Notes: generated by a model from the letters alone, not told the origin. A stretch of 64,000 bases of DNA from Coriobacteriaceae bacterium (GCA_963649395.1 CAVJHW010000001.1:241-64240); one strand, 5' to 3'; numbered from the stretch's first letter, positions 1 through 10,416 are shown. Made by a program: numbers and translations.

Positions 1-3000
1 CGTACAACAGCGGAGCGCAAGAGCTGGTTTGATACCTTCTGGAATACCTTGATCGAGAAGCAGCCGGTGGTGGGGCAATCCGTTGCCAGCTATCTGACAG
101 ATACCGAGAAGAAAGAATTGCGGGAGGCCATGAATACCCTGATTGATGTAGTTTTGCGCCTTGTTGAGGTGGATTACAACAATTATGTGGCAGATTGGAA
201 CAAGAGTAAGGCTTTGGACGGAGATGTCACCACCAGAATCACGGATGGCATTACCAATACCAATGAAAACTATGTTGACAACTACCCCTGGCAGGTGGTA
301 GTTGGTACCCTGGCTAATAATGTAACAGCGATTGCTCAGGCTCATTATCCGGAGGTCAATTACGCATGGCTGCGCTCCTATGACAGCTTCTATACCGCGG
401 AAACCAACAAGACTTATCAGATTGTGACAGACGTGGTACCCTCTGTGGAAGACAAGCTGGAGGAGGACGGTACTACATTGACCTTGCGTACATCCACCAA
501 GGGAGCCGGTATTTATTACCGGATGAAGAAGTCCGGGGATGCCGACTATGGGGACTGGAAGCCCTACAATAAGCCCATTACCCTAGCCTCTGACCCGAAT
601 GCGGATGTTGTATATGAGGTGCAGATGACTGCCGTATATTGCGGAAATACCTCTGATGTCGTAACCAAGACCTACACGATCGGCAGAACCTACAGTGTGA
701 AGGTCAATGGAGAGGTAGTTGGCAGCTATCGTGCCGGACTTGCGGTGGAGATTGACGGAACAGGAACAGATACCACCAAGGCCTTCAAGGCTTGGACCAA
801 GGCAGTTTCTGTGAAGGGCGATGAGGTTAAGGATATTACATTGGCAGATATGACCAATGTGGTGGCAAGCTTCACCATGCCGGAGGCAGATGTAGAACTG
901 ACAGCGGATTATGTTACCCGCATCAGCAGTCTGACTTTGACGGTGGATAAGCCGGTAGCGAATACAGCCTTTGCCGAAACAGGAGTCCTTTCCTGGATAG
1001 GTTCCGATGGAAATGAGAAAACAGCAACCGTACCGGTACTCTGGAAGGAGATCAAGGAGGACAGCAGTCGTCTGGTTACCGGAAAAGCCGATTATGGCAC
1101 CACTTATGCGGTTGTACTTTCCCTGGCTTCGAATGTGCAGGAGGATCTGGTATTTGCCTATGACCTTTCTAAGGAAAATGCCCAGGTAGTATACAGTGGT
1201 GAGGCAGCCCAGCAGGCAGCAAGCGTTTCTGTGGATGACAAGGGCAAGCTTCAGCTGGAAGGAAATACCATTGTAACGGATAAGGCGAAGATTACCGAAG
1301 TGCCGGATCTTACCTTGGATGTTACCGATGACACTACAGAAACAGCCCTGAGGGCATTGATTCCCCAGAATACGGTGGTTCTGACCGAGATTGGGGACAG
1401 AAGCATACCTCTTGACCTTTCCAACCTGGATTTGTCCGCTTTCCTGGTGGACGGTATCGTGAAGACCGGAGGAAGCTTCACCCTGCCGCTGGATCTCTCA
1501 GCAGTGACGGATCTGCAGGCGGAGGAAGACAAGCAGAATTTGAAGGTGAATCTCAACGTACATGCGAAGCCGGTAACGGCGGCTCCGGTGATTGTAACAG
1601 AGAGCGGCACCTATGATCAGACAACATTGACTATTACCATGACCTGTGAGACGGAGGGGTCGACCATCTATTATCAGGTGAATGGCAGTGCACCTCGGGT
1701 TTATACAGAAGGCAGCGTGGTATTGACCGGTGAGGAGGGCAGAAAGTCCAGCTTCTTTGTGACAGCCTGGGCAGAAAGTGATCTGGGAGGCAAATCGACC
1801 GGGACATCGGCAGCCTATGTGTTGAATAATCCCTTCACCTTGTCCATCAATGGGAAGGATACCGGCTTCAAGACCGAGGGCCTCTGGGATACTCCCAAGA
1901 CCTACTCCTATTACAAGGGTGACAAGGTGATCATTGTAGCTCCCAGCGAGGGCGGTGAGCAGTTCGAGCAGTGGGAGTCCATTCCGGCGGGTGTCAGCGG
2001 AGACAAGACCAGCGATACGCTGACCATTGACAGACTGACCGGCAATGTGGAATTGACAGCTATCTACAATCCCATTGTTGCACAGCTGGATCTGACGATG
2101 GAAGCCCCGACACTGGGAAGAGAGCTGGCAGAAAGCGTTACCCAGGCTTATGCTACGGTAGAGCAGCAATATGATATCACAAAGTATATCAAGAAGCTTG
2201 TATGGACACCCAATGACAGCATGCCCACCTATGACACGGCTTATACAGCCAAGCTTGCCTTTGACACAGAGGCCGGAGAGGCAACCATGAAGTATATTCT
2301 CTCCGACAAGCTGGTGGTGAAGGTAAAGGATACCAGCGGAGAGACAGTAGAGGTGAGTGCAAGAGTGGCCAAGGAGGGGGATCAGGAAGTCCTCTATGTG
2401 ACCTTCCCCAAGACAGCTAAGGCTAAGCTTATCTCCGTGGATCAACCGGGCAGCATCGGCGTCTCCAGAGAGGATGCGGCGGTTGGCAATTGGAACCTGC
2501 CGATGGAGACCAACCTTATCCTGTCGGATAATACCTCGGTGAAAACGGCCATTACCTGGACGTCAGAGCCGACCTTTGATGCCTCTAATTTGGAGGCCCA
2601 GACCATGACCATTACAGGCACGGTTGCCATACCGGAGTATGTGGATCCGGGTCAGGTATCTACCGAGGTCAGTCTGACAGTAATTATTGAGTCCGCACCG
2701 TCGGTTGTTATGCCGGAGGCATCCCTGGCGGAGGGTACTTATACAGAAGCGCAATACGTGCGGCTGAGCTGTGAGACAGAAGGAGCAAGGATTTATTACA
2801 CCCTGGATGGCTCTGAACCCACAGAGGCAGAGAGTGAGACCTGCAAGCTTTATCAGGAGGGCGAGACCATCAAGGTTCTGGATGGCACTCAGACTACTAC
2901 CCTGAAGGCGATTGCTGTGAAGGAAGGATTCTGGTCCAGCGGGACGGCGGAATATGTCTATCAGAAGCAGGAGCCGACACCGACTCCGACTCCGACTGAG

Positions 3001-3285
3001 ACGCCGACCCCAACTGAGACACCGACTCCAACTGAAACACCGACTCCTACCACGACCCCGGATGGACAGAAGCCGAGCATTACTCCGGATGGACAGACCC
3101 CAACGGCTACGCCGACCGGCTCTGCGAATTCCGGCAGTAAGACCTCCGGAACCAGCAAAACAGCGAAGAATGTGAACACGGGAGATACCACGAATTCCCT
3201 GCCCTGGGTGATTGCCCTGGTGGTATGCTGCGGAGCTTTGGGAGGCCTGGTGGTCTATCGGGTCAAAAAGAAAAGTAAGAAGTAA
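1..3285 (+). CDS. Large sortase-anchored cell-surface protein (5'-partial), with repeated chitobiase/beta-hexosaminidase C-terminal (Fn3-associated) domains and a Pro/Thr stalk
   Basis: Frame is open from base 1. Repeated 'L-x-CETEGAxIYYTxDGSxP'-type motifs, PTPTET repeats, and a C-terminal VNTGD sorting motif followed by a hydrophobic helix and KKKSKK tail. Confidence 0.8.
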   Translation, partial: RTTAERKSWFDTFWNTLIEKQPVVGQSVASYLTDTEKKELREAMNTLIDVVLRLVEVDYNNYVADWNKSKALDGDVTTRITDGITNTNENYVDNYPWQVVVGTLANNVTAIAQAHYPEVNYAWLRSYDSFYTAETNKTYQIVTDVVPSVEDKLEEDGTTLTLRTSTKGAGIYYRMKKSGDADYGDWKPYNKPITLASDPNADVVYEVQMTAVYCGNTSDVVTKTYTIGRTYSVKVNGEVVGSYRAGLAVEIDGTGTDTTKAFKAWTKAVSVKGDEVKDITLADMTNVVASFTMPEADVELTADYVTRISSLTLTVDKPVANTAFAETGVLSWIGSDGNEKTATVPVLWKEIKEDSSRLVTGKADYGTTYAVVLSLASNVQEDLVFAYDLSKENAQVVYSGEAAQQAASVSVDDKGKLQLEGNTIVTDKAKITEVPDLTLDVTDDTTETALRALIPQNTVVLTEIGDRSIPLDLSNLDLSAFLVDGIVKTGGSFTLPLDLSAVTDLQAEEDKQNLKVNLNVHAKPVTAAPVIVTESGTYDQTTLTITMTCETEGSTIYYQVNGSAPRVYTEGSVVLTGEEGRKSSFFVTAWAESDLGGKSTGTSAAYVLNNPFTLSINGKDTGFKTEGLWDTPKTYSYYKGDKVIIVAPSEGGEQFEQWESIPAGVSGDKTSDTLTIDRLTGNVELTAIYNPIVAQLDLTMEAPTLGRELAESVTQAYATVEQQYDITKYIKKLVWTPNDSMPTYDTAYTAKLAFDTEAGEATMKYILSDKLVVKVKDTSGETVEVSARVAKEGDQEVLYVTFPKTAKAKLISVDQPGSIGVSREDAAVGNWNLPMETNLILSDNTSVKTAITWTSEPTFDASNLEAQTMTITGTVAIPEYVDPGQVSTEVSLTVIIESAPSVVMPEASLAEGTYTEAQYVRLSCETEGARIYYTLDGSEPTEAESETCKLYQEGETIKVLDGTQTTTLKAIAVKEGFWSSGTAEYVYQKQEPTPTPTPTETPTPTETPTPTETPTPTTTPDGQKPSITPDGQTPTATPTGSANSGSKTSGTSKTAKNVNTGDTTNSLPWVIALVVCCGALGGLVVYRVKKKSKK
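2974..3060 (+). repeat. Coding tandem repeat (PTPTET units) forming the cell-wall stalk
   Basis: Degenerate 6/18-bp repeats such as ccgact and ccgactgagacgccgacc. Confidence 0.85.
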
Positions 3286-3310
3286 GCAGAAGTAAGCGAT
3301 AAGTAACCCT

Positions 3311-3378
3311 GGTTACAGGGTCAAAAGCCTAAGCCCTGTGGGATTTCTCTATCCCACAGGGCTTTTGACATGGTAACC
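3311..3378. repeat. REP/MITE-like element: two inverted copies of the 17-bp motif flanking a hairpin
   Basis: GGTTACAGGGTCAAAAG (3311-3327) ... CTTTTGACATGGTAACC (3362-3378). Confidence 0.65.
3331..3366 (+). terminator. Intrinsic terminator after the surface-protein gene
   Basis: AAGCCCTGTGGGAT-ttctct-ATCCCACAGGGCTT followed by TT. Confidence 0.75.
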
Positions 3379-3387
3379 AAAGATATT

Positions 3388-3417
3388 TTGACACTCCCGC
3401 GGAATCTATGCTATACT
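3388..3417 (+). promoter_or_regulatory. sigma-A promoter for the holB operon
   Basis: TTGACA-18-TATACT with TG extended -10. Confidence 0.6.
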
Positions 3418-3491
3418 GTAGGATGAAATTGCTTCCGGGAGCGGAGATGGAATCCCCAGCCGAGGAAGCTGTATTTCGGGAGGTGAATGAG

Positions 3492-4505
3492 ATGGAGGAT
3501 TTGGGAGTGACCAAGGGCTTTGCGGGCGTTGTAGGCCATGAGGAGATCATCGCTCACCTGCAACATGCCATTTGCAGGGACAAGGTGTCCCATGCATATA
3601 TTTTCAGCGGGGAACAGGGTTCGGGCAAGAAGCTGCTGGCTTCCTTATTCGCCATGACCTTGCAATGCCGGGACAGGGGTCAGGAGGCAGAGCCCTGTAT
3701 GGAGTGTATTTCCTGCAAGAAGGCTTTGACAGGGAATCAGCCGGACATCCTCTGGGTGACCCATGAGAAGCCCAATTCCATCGGCATAGATGAGATTCGC
3801 AATCAGGTCGTCAATGACATAGCCATTAAGCCCTATGAGAGTCCTTACAAGATCTATATCATCGATGAGGCGGATAAGTTGACCTTGCAAGCCCAGAATG
3901 CCCTCCTGAAAACCATCGAGGAGCCCCCTGTTTACGGGATTCTCCTGCTGCTGGCGGATAATCCGGAGGCTTTGCTGCCTACCATTACCTCTCGCTGCGT
4001 GCAGCTGAATCTGAAGCCGGTGGGGGATAGTCTGGTGAAGGAATATCTGATGGACCAGATGCATATTCCTGATTACCAGGCGGAGGTACAAGCTTCCTTT
4101 GCCCAGGGGAACGTGGGTAAGGCCAGACAGATCGCCGGTTCGGCAGAATTCGGGGAGCTGACGGACAATGCTTTGCGCCTGCTGAAGCATTCTCGGGAGA
4201 TGGAGGTCTATGAGCTGGTGGATGCGGTGAAGGTCATGTCTGCCGATAAGCAGAATATTCAGGATTATCTGAACCTCTTCCTTATCTGGTTCCGAGATGT
4301 CCTTCTGTTCAAGGCCACCAGAGAAGTAGATCATCTGGTATTTAAGGAAGAGATTAATTCTATCAAGGAACGGGCTGCCATCAGCTCCTATGAGGGCCTG
4401 GAACGGATCCTTGAGGCAATTCATACAGGGGACAGCCGCCTGCGGGCCAATGTGAATTTTGACCTGACTATGGAACTGCTGTTCCTGACAATCAGGGAGA
4501 ACTAG
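3492..4505 (+). CDS. holB: DNA polymerase III subunit delta'
   Basis: SHAYIFSGEQGSGK, Zn-binding CxxCxxC, IIDEADKLTLQAQNALLKTIEEP and SRC motifs. ATG at 3492 follows SD GGAGGTGA. Confidence 0.92.
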   Translation: MEDLGVTKGFAGVVGHEEIIAHLQHAICRDKVSHAYIFSGEQGSGKKLLASLFAMTLQCRDRGQEAEPCMECISCKKALTGNQPDILWVTHEKPNSIGIDEIRNQVVNDIAIKPYESPYKIYIIDEADKLTLQAQNALLKTIEEPPVYGILLLLADNPEALLPTITSRCVQLNLKPVGDSLVKEYLMDQMHIPDYQAEVQASFAQGNVGKARQIAGSAEFGELTDNALRLLKHSREMEVYELVDAVKVMSADKQNIQDYLNLFLIWFRDVLLFKATREVDHLVFKEEINSIKERAAISSYEGLERILEAIHTGDSRLRANVNFDLTMELLFLTIREN

Positions 4506-4507
4506 GC

Positions 4508-5698
4508 ATGATCAGAATCATTGGAGTTAGATTTAGAAATGTGGGGAAGGTCTATTATTTTGACCCCACATCCCTGGATATTAAGGCTGGGGACTCTGTC
4601 ATTGTAGAGACAGCCCGTGGGGTCGAGTATGGCAGGGTGGTGCTGGGCCCCAGGGAGGTGGAGGAAGGAAAGGTCCTCCAGCCTTTGAAGGCGGTATTGC
4701 GGATCGCCACCCCCAAGGATCAGGCAAGGGAAGAGAATAACCGTCAAAAGGAGAGAGAGGCCTTCCAGCTGTGCCAGGAGAAGATTCGCGCCAGGAATCT
4801 GGATATGAAGCTGATCGATGCGGAATATACCTTTGACAACAGTAAAGTACTATTTTATTTTACCGCAGACGGCCGGGTGGATTTTCGGGAGCTGGTGAAG
4901 GATCTGGCTTCTGTCTTCAAGACCCGGATCGAGCTGAGGCAGATTGGCGTGAGGGATGAGACCAAGATCCTGGGGGGCATAGGCATCTGCGGACGCCCCC
5001 TTTGCTGTCATACCTATTTGTCGGATTTTATCCCTGTTTCTATCCGGATGGCCAAGGAGCAGAGCCTGTCCCTGAATCCGGCCAAGATATCCGGAACCTG
5101 CGGACGATTGATGTGCTGCCTGAAGAATGAGCAGGATACCTATGAGTACCTGAATAAGCAGCTTCCCCGGGTGGGGGATCTGGTCCTTACTCCGGAAGGG
5201 GTAAGGGGAGCCGTGCATTCGGTCAATGTCCTTCGCCAAACCGTAAGAGTTTTGATTGAAGAAGGGGACGAGAAGGAATTGCAGGATTATCCTGTAGGAG
5301 ACCTGAAGATAAGACCAAAGACTCGGAAGAACCCCGCAGAACACTCCCAGGCCAATTCAGAAGAGGCAGGGGAGGAGAGGGGCAAGACCCGGGGAAAAGA
5401 GGAGTCGGAGAGAAAGGCAGACGGTAAGGCCGGTTCCGAGAAGCAAAAGGAGAGAGAAAAAAACAAGGGCAGGGACCGCAACAAGAGTCGAGGCAAGGAG
5501 AATGCCAAAGACCGAGACAGGAATCCAGAGAAGAACCATGCCAAGGAGCACGGTAAGGAACACAATCCGGAGACAGCGGAGCCGGGAAGGGGACCGGGAA
5601 GAGATCCGGGAAAAGACCTGGGAAAAGACCTGGGAAAAGAACGAAGACGCAGCAAAGAGCGGAGAAAAGCCCGCAACAGTGAGCAGGAGGGTTTGTAA
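4508..5698 (+). CDS. ricT: PSP1-domain protein RicT/YaaT with a long charged low-complexity tail
   Basis: FYFTADGRVDFRELVKDLA, GICGRPLCC and KISGTCGRLMCCL motifs; canonical position after holB. Confidence 0.9.
   Translation: MIRIIGVRFRNVGKVYYFDPTSLDIKAGDSVIVETARGVEYGRVVLGPREVEEGKVLQPLKAVLRIATPKDQAREENNRQKEREAFQLCQEKIRARNLDMKLIDAEYTFDNSKVLFYFTADGRVDFRELVKDLASVFKTRIELRQIGVRDETKILGGIGICGRPLCCHTYLSDFIPVSIRMAKEQSLSLNPAKISGTCGRLMCCLKNEQDTYEYLNKQLPRVGDLVLTPEGVRGAVHSVNVLRQTVRVLIEEGDEKELQDYPVGDLKIRPKTRKNPAEHSQANSEEAGEERGKTRGKEESERKADGKAGSEKQKEREKNKGRDRNKSRGKENAKDRDRNPEKNHAKEHGKEHNPETAEPGRGPGRDPGKDLGKDLGKERRRSKERRKARNSEQEGL
5582..5641 (+). repeat. Five 12-bp tandem repeats in the RicT tail (PGRG/PGRD/PGKD/LGKD/LGKE)
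   Basis: c(c/t)gggaa(a/g)... units at 5582, 5594, 5606, 5618 and 5630. Confidence 0.8.
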
Positions 5699-5699
5699 C

Positions 5700-6440
5700 G
5701 TGCAGGAGATATTGAGGGAGCATGAAAGCCTAGATGATCTGCAAAATGGCTTCTTCATTATCCAGTCGGAGGAAGGCTTCCGCTATGGCATAGATGCCGT
5801 TCTTCTGTCGGGCTTTGCCAAAGTGAAGGCAGGGGAAAGGGTTCTGGATATGGGAACCGGAACCGGAATTCTCCCTATCCTTCTGGCGGCTAAAACCCAG
5901 GGAGAGTCCTTTACAGGCCTGGAGATTCAGGAGAAAAGTGCCGATATGGCTGCCAGAAGTGTGAGATATAACGGCCTGGAGGACAGAATCCGAATTGTAC
6001 AGGGAGATATGAGAGAAGCCGCCGCCATCTTTGGCCCGGCTTCCTTTGATGTGGTGGTCAGCAATCCCCCTTATATGACAGGCAATCATGGCCTTTTGAA
6101 TCCTCAGGCGGCTAAGGCTATCGCAAGACATGAGATTTTGTGTAACCTGGAGGAACTGGTGAGGGAGACAGCTGCTGTTCTGACCTCCCGGGGACGATTC
6201 TATCTGGTACACCGCCCCTTTCGTCTGGCAGAGATTATGGGGATGCTGATGAGATATGGTCTGGAACCCAAAAGGATGCAGCTGGTCTATCCCTATGTGG
6301 ACAGGGAGCCCAACCTGGTTCTGCTGGAAGCTTGCAAGGGGGGGAATCCCCGCATTCGGGTGGACAAGCCCCTGATCGTTTATGAAAAACCGGGGGTCTA
6401 TACGCAGGATATTCGGGATATCTATGGAGACGGGCGATAG
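5700..6440 (+). CDS. yabB: tRNA1(Val) adenine-N6 methyltransferase (YabB/TrmN6 family)
   Basis: VLDMGTGTG SAM-binding motif, VVSNPPY and AIARHE. Probable GTG start at 5700 after AGGAGG. Confidence 0.88.
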   Translation: MQEILREHESLDDLQNGFFIIQSEEGFRYGIDAVLLSGFAKVKAGERVLDMGTGTGILPILLAAKTQGESFTGLEIQEKSADMAARSVRYNGLEDRIRIVQGDMREAAAIFGPASFDVVVSNPPYMTGNHGLLNPQAAKAIARHEILCNLEELVRETAAVLTSRGRFYLVHRPFRLAEIMGMLMRYGLEPKRMQLVYPYVDREPNLVLLEACKGGNPRIRVDKPLIVYEKPGVYTQDIRDIYGDGR

Positions 6441-6541
6441 GAGGGATTCCGTAGGCTATGGAGCTGCCGTGTCCGGAGGAATGAGAAGAATCGGTTGGGC
6501 TGAAAGTGGGCGAAAAGGACGGAGAGCAAGAGGAAGACGAG

Positions 6542-7387
6542 ATGGCAGGAACCTTATATTTGTGTGCAACTCCCATCGGGAATCTGGAGGATATGACCTT
6601 TCGAGTGGTGCGGATCCTGAAGGAAGTGGATCTGATAGCGGCGGAGGATACCAGGAACAGCATCAAGCTGCTGAACCATTTTGATATTCATACTCCCATG
6701 ACCTCCTATCACGAATATAATAAGATAGACAAGGGTCGGGCTTTGGTGGAGAAGCTGAAGGAGGGAAAAAGCATAGCCTTGATTACGGATGCCGGCATGC
6801 CGGGGATCTCGGATCCGGGGGAGGAGCTGGTGGCCTTTGCCTGGGAGGCCGGGATTCCGGTGACGGTTCTGCCGGGTGCTTCTGCCTGTGTCACCGCTCT
6901 GGCTTTGTCGGGTCTTCCTACCCGGCGCTTCGCCTTTGAGGCCTTCCTGCCTTCGGATAAGAAGGAGCGTAGAGAGATTCTGGAGGAGCTGAAAGAAGAA
7001 ACCAGAACCATCATCCTCTATGAGGCTCCCCATAGACTTTGTAAGACCTTGGAGGAATTGCAGGAAAGTTTGGGTCGGGAGCGGCTGGTGACGGTCTGTC
7101 GGGAATTGACCAAGAAGCATGAGACGGTCCTTCGCACTACCCTGGGTCAGGCTTTGGATTATTATCAGGCAGACCCTCCTAAGGGAGAGTGTGTGCTGGT
7201 TTTAGCCGGAAAGCCCCGGGAGGAGAAGATCCGAGAACAACAGAAAACCTGGCTGGAGATGCCTCTGGAAGAGCATATGGCCTACTACATCCAACAGGGC
7301 ATGGAGCGAAAGGCCGCTATGCGGCAAGTGGCCAAGGATCGAGGCTGTTCCAAGAGAGAGATATATCAGGAAATCATGAAGAAATAA
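6542..7387 (+). CDS. rsmI: 16S rRNA (cytidine1402-2'-O)-methyltransferase
   Basis: LYLCATPIGNLEDMT, AAEDTR, DAGMPGISDPG, YEAPHR and RELTKKHE motifs. Confidence 0.95.
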   Translation: MAGTLYLCATPIGNLEDMTFRVVRILKEVDLIAAEDTRNSIKLLNHFDIHTPMTSYHEYNKIDKGRALVEKLKEGKSIALITDAGMPGISDPGEELVAFAWEAGIPVTVLPGASACVTALALSGLPTRRFAFEAFLPSDKKERREILEELKEETRTIILYEAPHRLCKTLEELQESLGRERLVTVCRELTKKHETVLRTTLGQALDYYQADPPKGECVLVLAGKPREEKIREQQKTWLEMPLEEHMAYYIQQGMERKAAMRQVAKDRGCSKREIYQEIMKK

Positions 7388-7409
7388 AAAAGAATAGAAG
7401 GGAAGGTGT

Positions 7410-9035
7410 ATGGTCATGGGAAGCTTTATCAATTCCAGAGCCCCTGTAGTGAAGTTCGCAGCCTCCGTCACAGATCCCTACTTTGTGGATAAAACGGAGA
7501 TATTGAATGACATTTTCCCCTTGTTGACCAGTTATGATAATAGCATCTGTGTGACACGTCCCAGAAGGTTTGGGAAAACCATGGCTGCTGTCCTGATCGC
7601 TTCCTTCTTTATGAGGGAGACAGATTCCCACTCCTTATTCCATTCCCTGAAGATTGCTGATTCTGCCATTTATGAGCAGGAGATCAACAGCAGAAATGTC
7701 ATCTATATTGATTTCAGTGAAATCTTCCCTGGCGTTGCGGATTATTCGGCGGGAATTCGCCGCTTTATGGGGCGCTTGCGGAGAGATATCAGAAAATATT
7801 ATCCGACGGTGGAGATTACGGAGGAGGATACGGCGGGAGATCTGTTACAAAATGTTTTCGATGAGACCGGCGATCGCTTCCTTTTTGTGATAGACGAGTG
7901 GGATGTTCTGTTTCACCTGCCCTATGCGACCCATCAGAATAAGGCGGCCTATCTCCTCTTTCTGCGAGATCTGCTTCGCGGAAGAGCCTATGCATGTGCT
8001 ATTTATATGACGGGGATTCTGCCGATTGCCAAGTACAGTTCCGGCTCTGATCTGAACACTTTTCGTGACTATACCATGGCCAATCAGGAGCGATTCAGTA
8101 CCTGCTTTGGTTTCACCGACCAGGAGGTGGATAGCCTGTATCAACGGTATCTTCGATTAGAAAAGGCTCCGGCTCTTAGCCGGGAAGACTTGACCAGGTG
8201 GTACGATGGCTATGCCTCCGCCGCAGGGGTCAAGCTCTATAATCCCCGCTCCATTGTGAATGCATTGCACGAAAATAAGATTGCTAATTATTGGACCTCT
8301 ACCGGGCCCTATGATGAAATTGCTTATTATGTAAAAAATGATGTAGACAGCGTCAAAAAAGATATGGCTCTTCTGGTTGCCGGTGAAAAAATCAGGACGA
8401 ATGTAGACGAATATAGCTCGACCTCCCTGTCGCTGGACAGCCGGGAAAGGATTTTGTCAGCTATGGTGGTATATGGTTTTCTCACCAGCACAGGGACAGA
8501 AGTCTATATTCCTAATTGCGAGCTGATGGAGAAGTTCGAGAATCTGTTAAAGACGGACAGATCCCTGGGATATGTCTATCGTTTGGCAGAAAGGTCTGAG
8601 AGAATGTTACGGGCAACTCTGGCAGGAGATACGAAGACCATGGAAGAGATTCTTGCCTATGCCCACAATACAGAGACTCCGATTCTGAGTTACAATCATG
8701 AGACAGAATTATCCGCAGTGGTGAATCTTGTTTATCTGGCAGCAAGAGACCTCTATGAGGTGCATCGGGAGGATAAGGCGGGAAAGGGATTTGTTGATTT
8801 CATCTTTTACCCGCAAAGGCAGACAGAGGACGGAATGATCCTGGAATTGAAGGTGGATCATTCGGCGGAGGAAGCTATTGCGCAGATAGAAGAGAAGGAA
8901 TATATTCTTGCCTTTGATGGAAAACCGGGTGAGAAAAAGAAGTATACAGGCCGAATTCTTGCGGTGGGAATCGGCTACAACAGTAAGACGAAAACGCACG
9001 AATGTGCCGTGAGAATTCTTCGAGAGAAAAGATAA
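7410..9035 (+). CDS. AAA-ATPase-like protein with a C-terminal PD-(D/E)XK nuclease domain
   Basis: YFVDKT, TRPRRFGKT (Walker A), FVIDEWD (Walker B), WYDGY, YNP and C-terminal GKGFVD...ILELK. Start may be the ATG at 7416. Confidence 0.85.
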   Translation: MVMGSFINSRAPVVKFAASVTDPYFVDKTEILNDIFPLLTSYDNSICVTRPRRFGKTMAAVLIASFFMRETDSHSLFHSLKIADSAIYEQEINSRNVIYIDFSEIFPGVADYSAGIRRFMGRLRRDIRKYYPTVEITEEDTAGDLLQNVFDETGDRFLFVIDEWDVLFHLPYATHQNKAAYLLFLRDLLRGRAYACAIYMTGILPIAKYSSGSDLNTFRDYTMANQERFSTCFGFTDQEVDSLYQRYLRLEKAPALSREDLTRWYDGYASAAGVKLYNPRSIVNALHENKIANYWTSTGPYDEIAYYVKNDVDSVKKDMALLVAGEKIRTNVDEYSSTSLSLDSRERILSAMVVYGFLTSTGTEVYIPNCELMEKFENLLKTDRSLGYVYRLAERSERMLRATLAGDTKTMEEILAYAHNTETPILSYNHETELSAVVNLVYLAARDLYEVHREDKAGKGFVDFIFYPQRQTEDGMILELKVDHSAEEAIAQIEEKEYILAFDGKPGEKKKYTGRILAVGIGYNSKTKTHECAVRILREKR

Positions 9036-9066
9036 AGACCCCGACTGCTTGTCGGGGCTTTTCTTT
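9034..9066. terminator. Bidirectional terminator between convergent genes
   Basis: AAAGACCCCGAC-tgctt-GTCGGGGCTTTTCTTT. Confidence 0.75.
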
Positions 9067-10306
9067 ACAGTGTTGCGGGGTGAATGGCTTGCTTGTCTCT
9101 TTTTCCCAGCAGGGCAAGCCACAAAGTCAAAACCAATGCCGCAGCGGAACAGATCCCCGCGAAGATCAGGGCTGCCGTATAATGTCCGGTACTGGACTTC
9201 AAGGCGGTTGCTGCCATGGGTCCCACCACTGCAGCAATGCCGTAGGCGGTGAAGACGATGCCGTAGTTGATCCCCATATGCTTGCTTCCGAAGCTATCTG
9301 ATACAATGGAAGGATAGGTGGCCAGTACACCGCCGAAGGTGACCCCCACCAGGACGATGGCCACCAGGTAGGTGGGGAAGGAATGGCTGTTGGCCATAAG
9401 AATCATATCCAGGGTGCTCCCGGCCAGACAGATCATAAGGGTGGGATAGCGTCCGATGGAATCAGACAGGCTTCCCATGATCATTCTGCCTCCGAAATTG
9501 GCCAAAGCCAGGATTCCTACCAGCATAGCTGCCTGTCCGGCATTGATGCCCGCCAATTCCTGCCCGATGGCGGAGGCATGACCGATGAGCATCAATCCGG
9601 CAACGCAGCTGCCCAGGAATACCATCCAGAGCAGGTAAAACTTGCCGGTTTTCATCATTTCCTGCCAGGTACAGCTGTTGCCTGGCTTTATCTCTGCCCC
9701 CGCCTGGGGGGTGGTCATCTTCTCCGGAGCATAATTCTCCGGCGGGGCGTCTACCGGCAGTGACGCAAGAAGAGAGATAACGAAGAAAATCAGCCCCAGG
9801 ATTCGGAAGGCCGCCAATACGTTGAACTGTACCAGCAAGGCATTGGCCACCGGCGCCAGAATCAGGGGAGCCAGACCCATGGCTCCAAGGACCAGGCCGG
9901 AGGCGAATCCCTTCTTATCCGGAAACCACAGGGTTGCCGTGGTTACGCAGGGATTGTAGCGAAGACCGCAGCCGATGCCGCAGCAGACGCTGAAGAAGAG
10001 ATACAAAAGGGGCGTGTTGGAGGCGAAGCCCGTCATCAGCCAACCGCCGCCAAACAGGACGCTGGAGACCAGCAGAAGCTTCCTGGGTCCCACACGATTG
10101 ATCAGCTTGCCTCCCGGAATTCCGAAAAAGGCATTAATCAGAAGATAGAGGGAATAGGCCAGGGTTACCATCCCATAATCCCATCCTCTGGCATTGGATA
10201 AGGGAAGAGCAAATACACTCCAGGCGTAAGCGCCTCCCAAACAAAAAGAATTTACGAACAGTCCACTGAGAATCAGATAACGGTTTTTGGTTTTTTTCTC
10301 TCCCAT
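9065..10306 (-). CDS. MFS transporter, oxalate:formate antiporter (OFA) family
   Basis: About 12 TM helices; YAWSVF, WFPDKKGFASG, GRMIMGSLSDSIGR and FGSKHMGINYG motifs. Confidence 0.85.
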   Translation of the reverse strand: MGEKKTKNRYLILSGLFVNSFCLGGAYAWSVFALPLSNARGWDYGMVTLAYSLYLLINAFFGIPGGKLINRVGPRKLLLVSSVLFGGGWLMTGFASNTPLLYLFFSVCCGIGCGLRYNPCVTTATLWFPDKKGFASGLVLGAMGLAPLILAPVANALLVQFNVLAAFRILGLIFFVISLLASLPVDAPPENYAPEKMTTPQAGAEIKPGNSCTWQEMMKTGKFYLLWMVFLGSCVAGLMLIGHASAIGQELAGINAGQAAMLVGILALANFGGRMIMGSLSDSIGRYPTLMICLAGSTLDMILMANSHSFPTYLVAIVLVGVTFGGVLATYPSIVSDSFGSKHMGINYGIVFTAYGIAAVVGPMAATALKSSTGHYTAALIFAGICSAAALVLTLWLALLGKRDKQAIHPATL

Positions 10307-10398
10307 AGCTTTTCCTTCCTTCCTTTCTTTCTTTCCTCTATTGTAGTCCTCCCGTGGAGTTTTGGCATTATTCACAGTGGCTAAGTTGACCGTTGGAT

Positions 10399-10416
10399 TT
10401 TGTCAAAATAGACAAA
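10399..10416. promoter_or_regulatory. Palindromic operator candidate upstream of the MFS gene
   Basis: TTTGTC-AAAATA-GACAAA. Confidence 0.4.
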
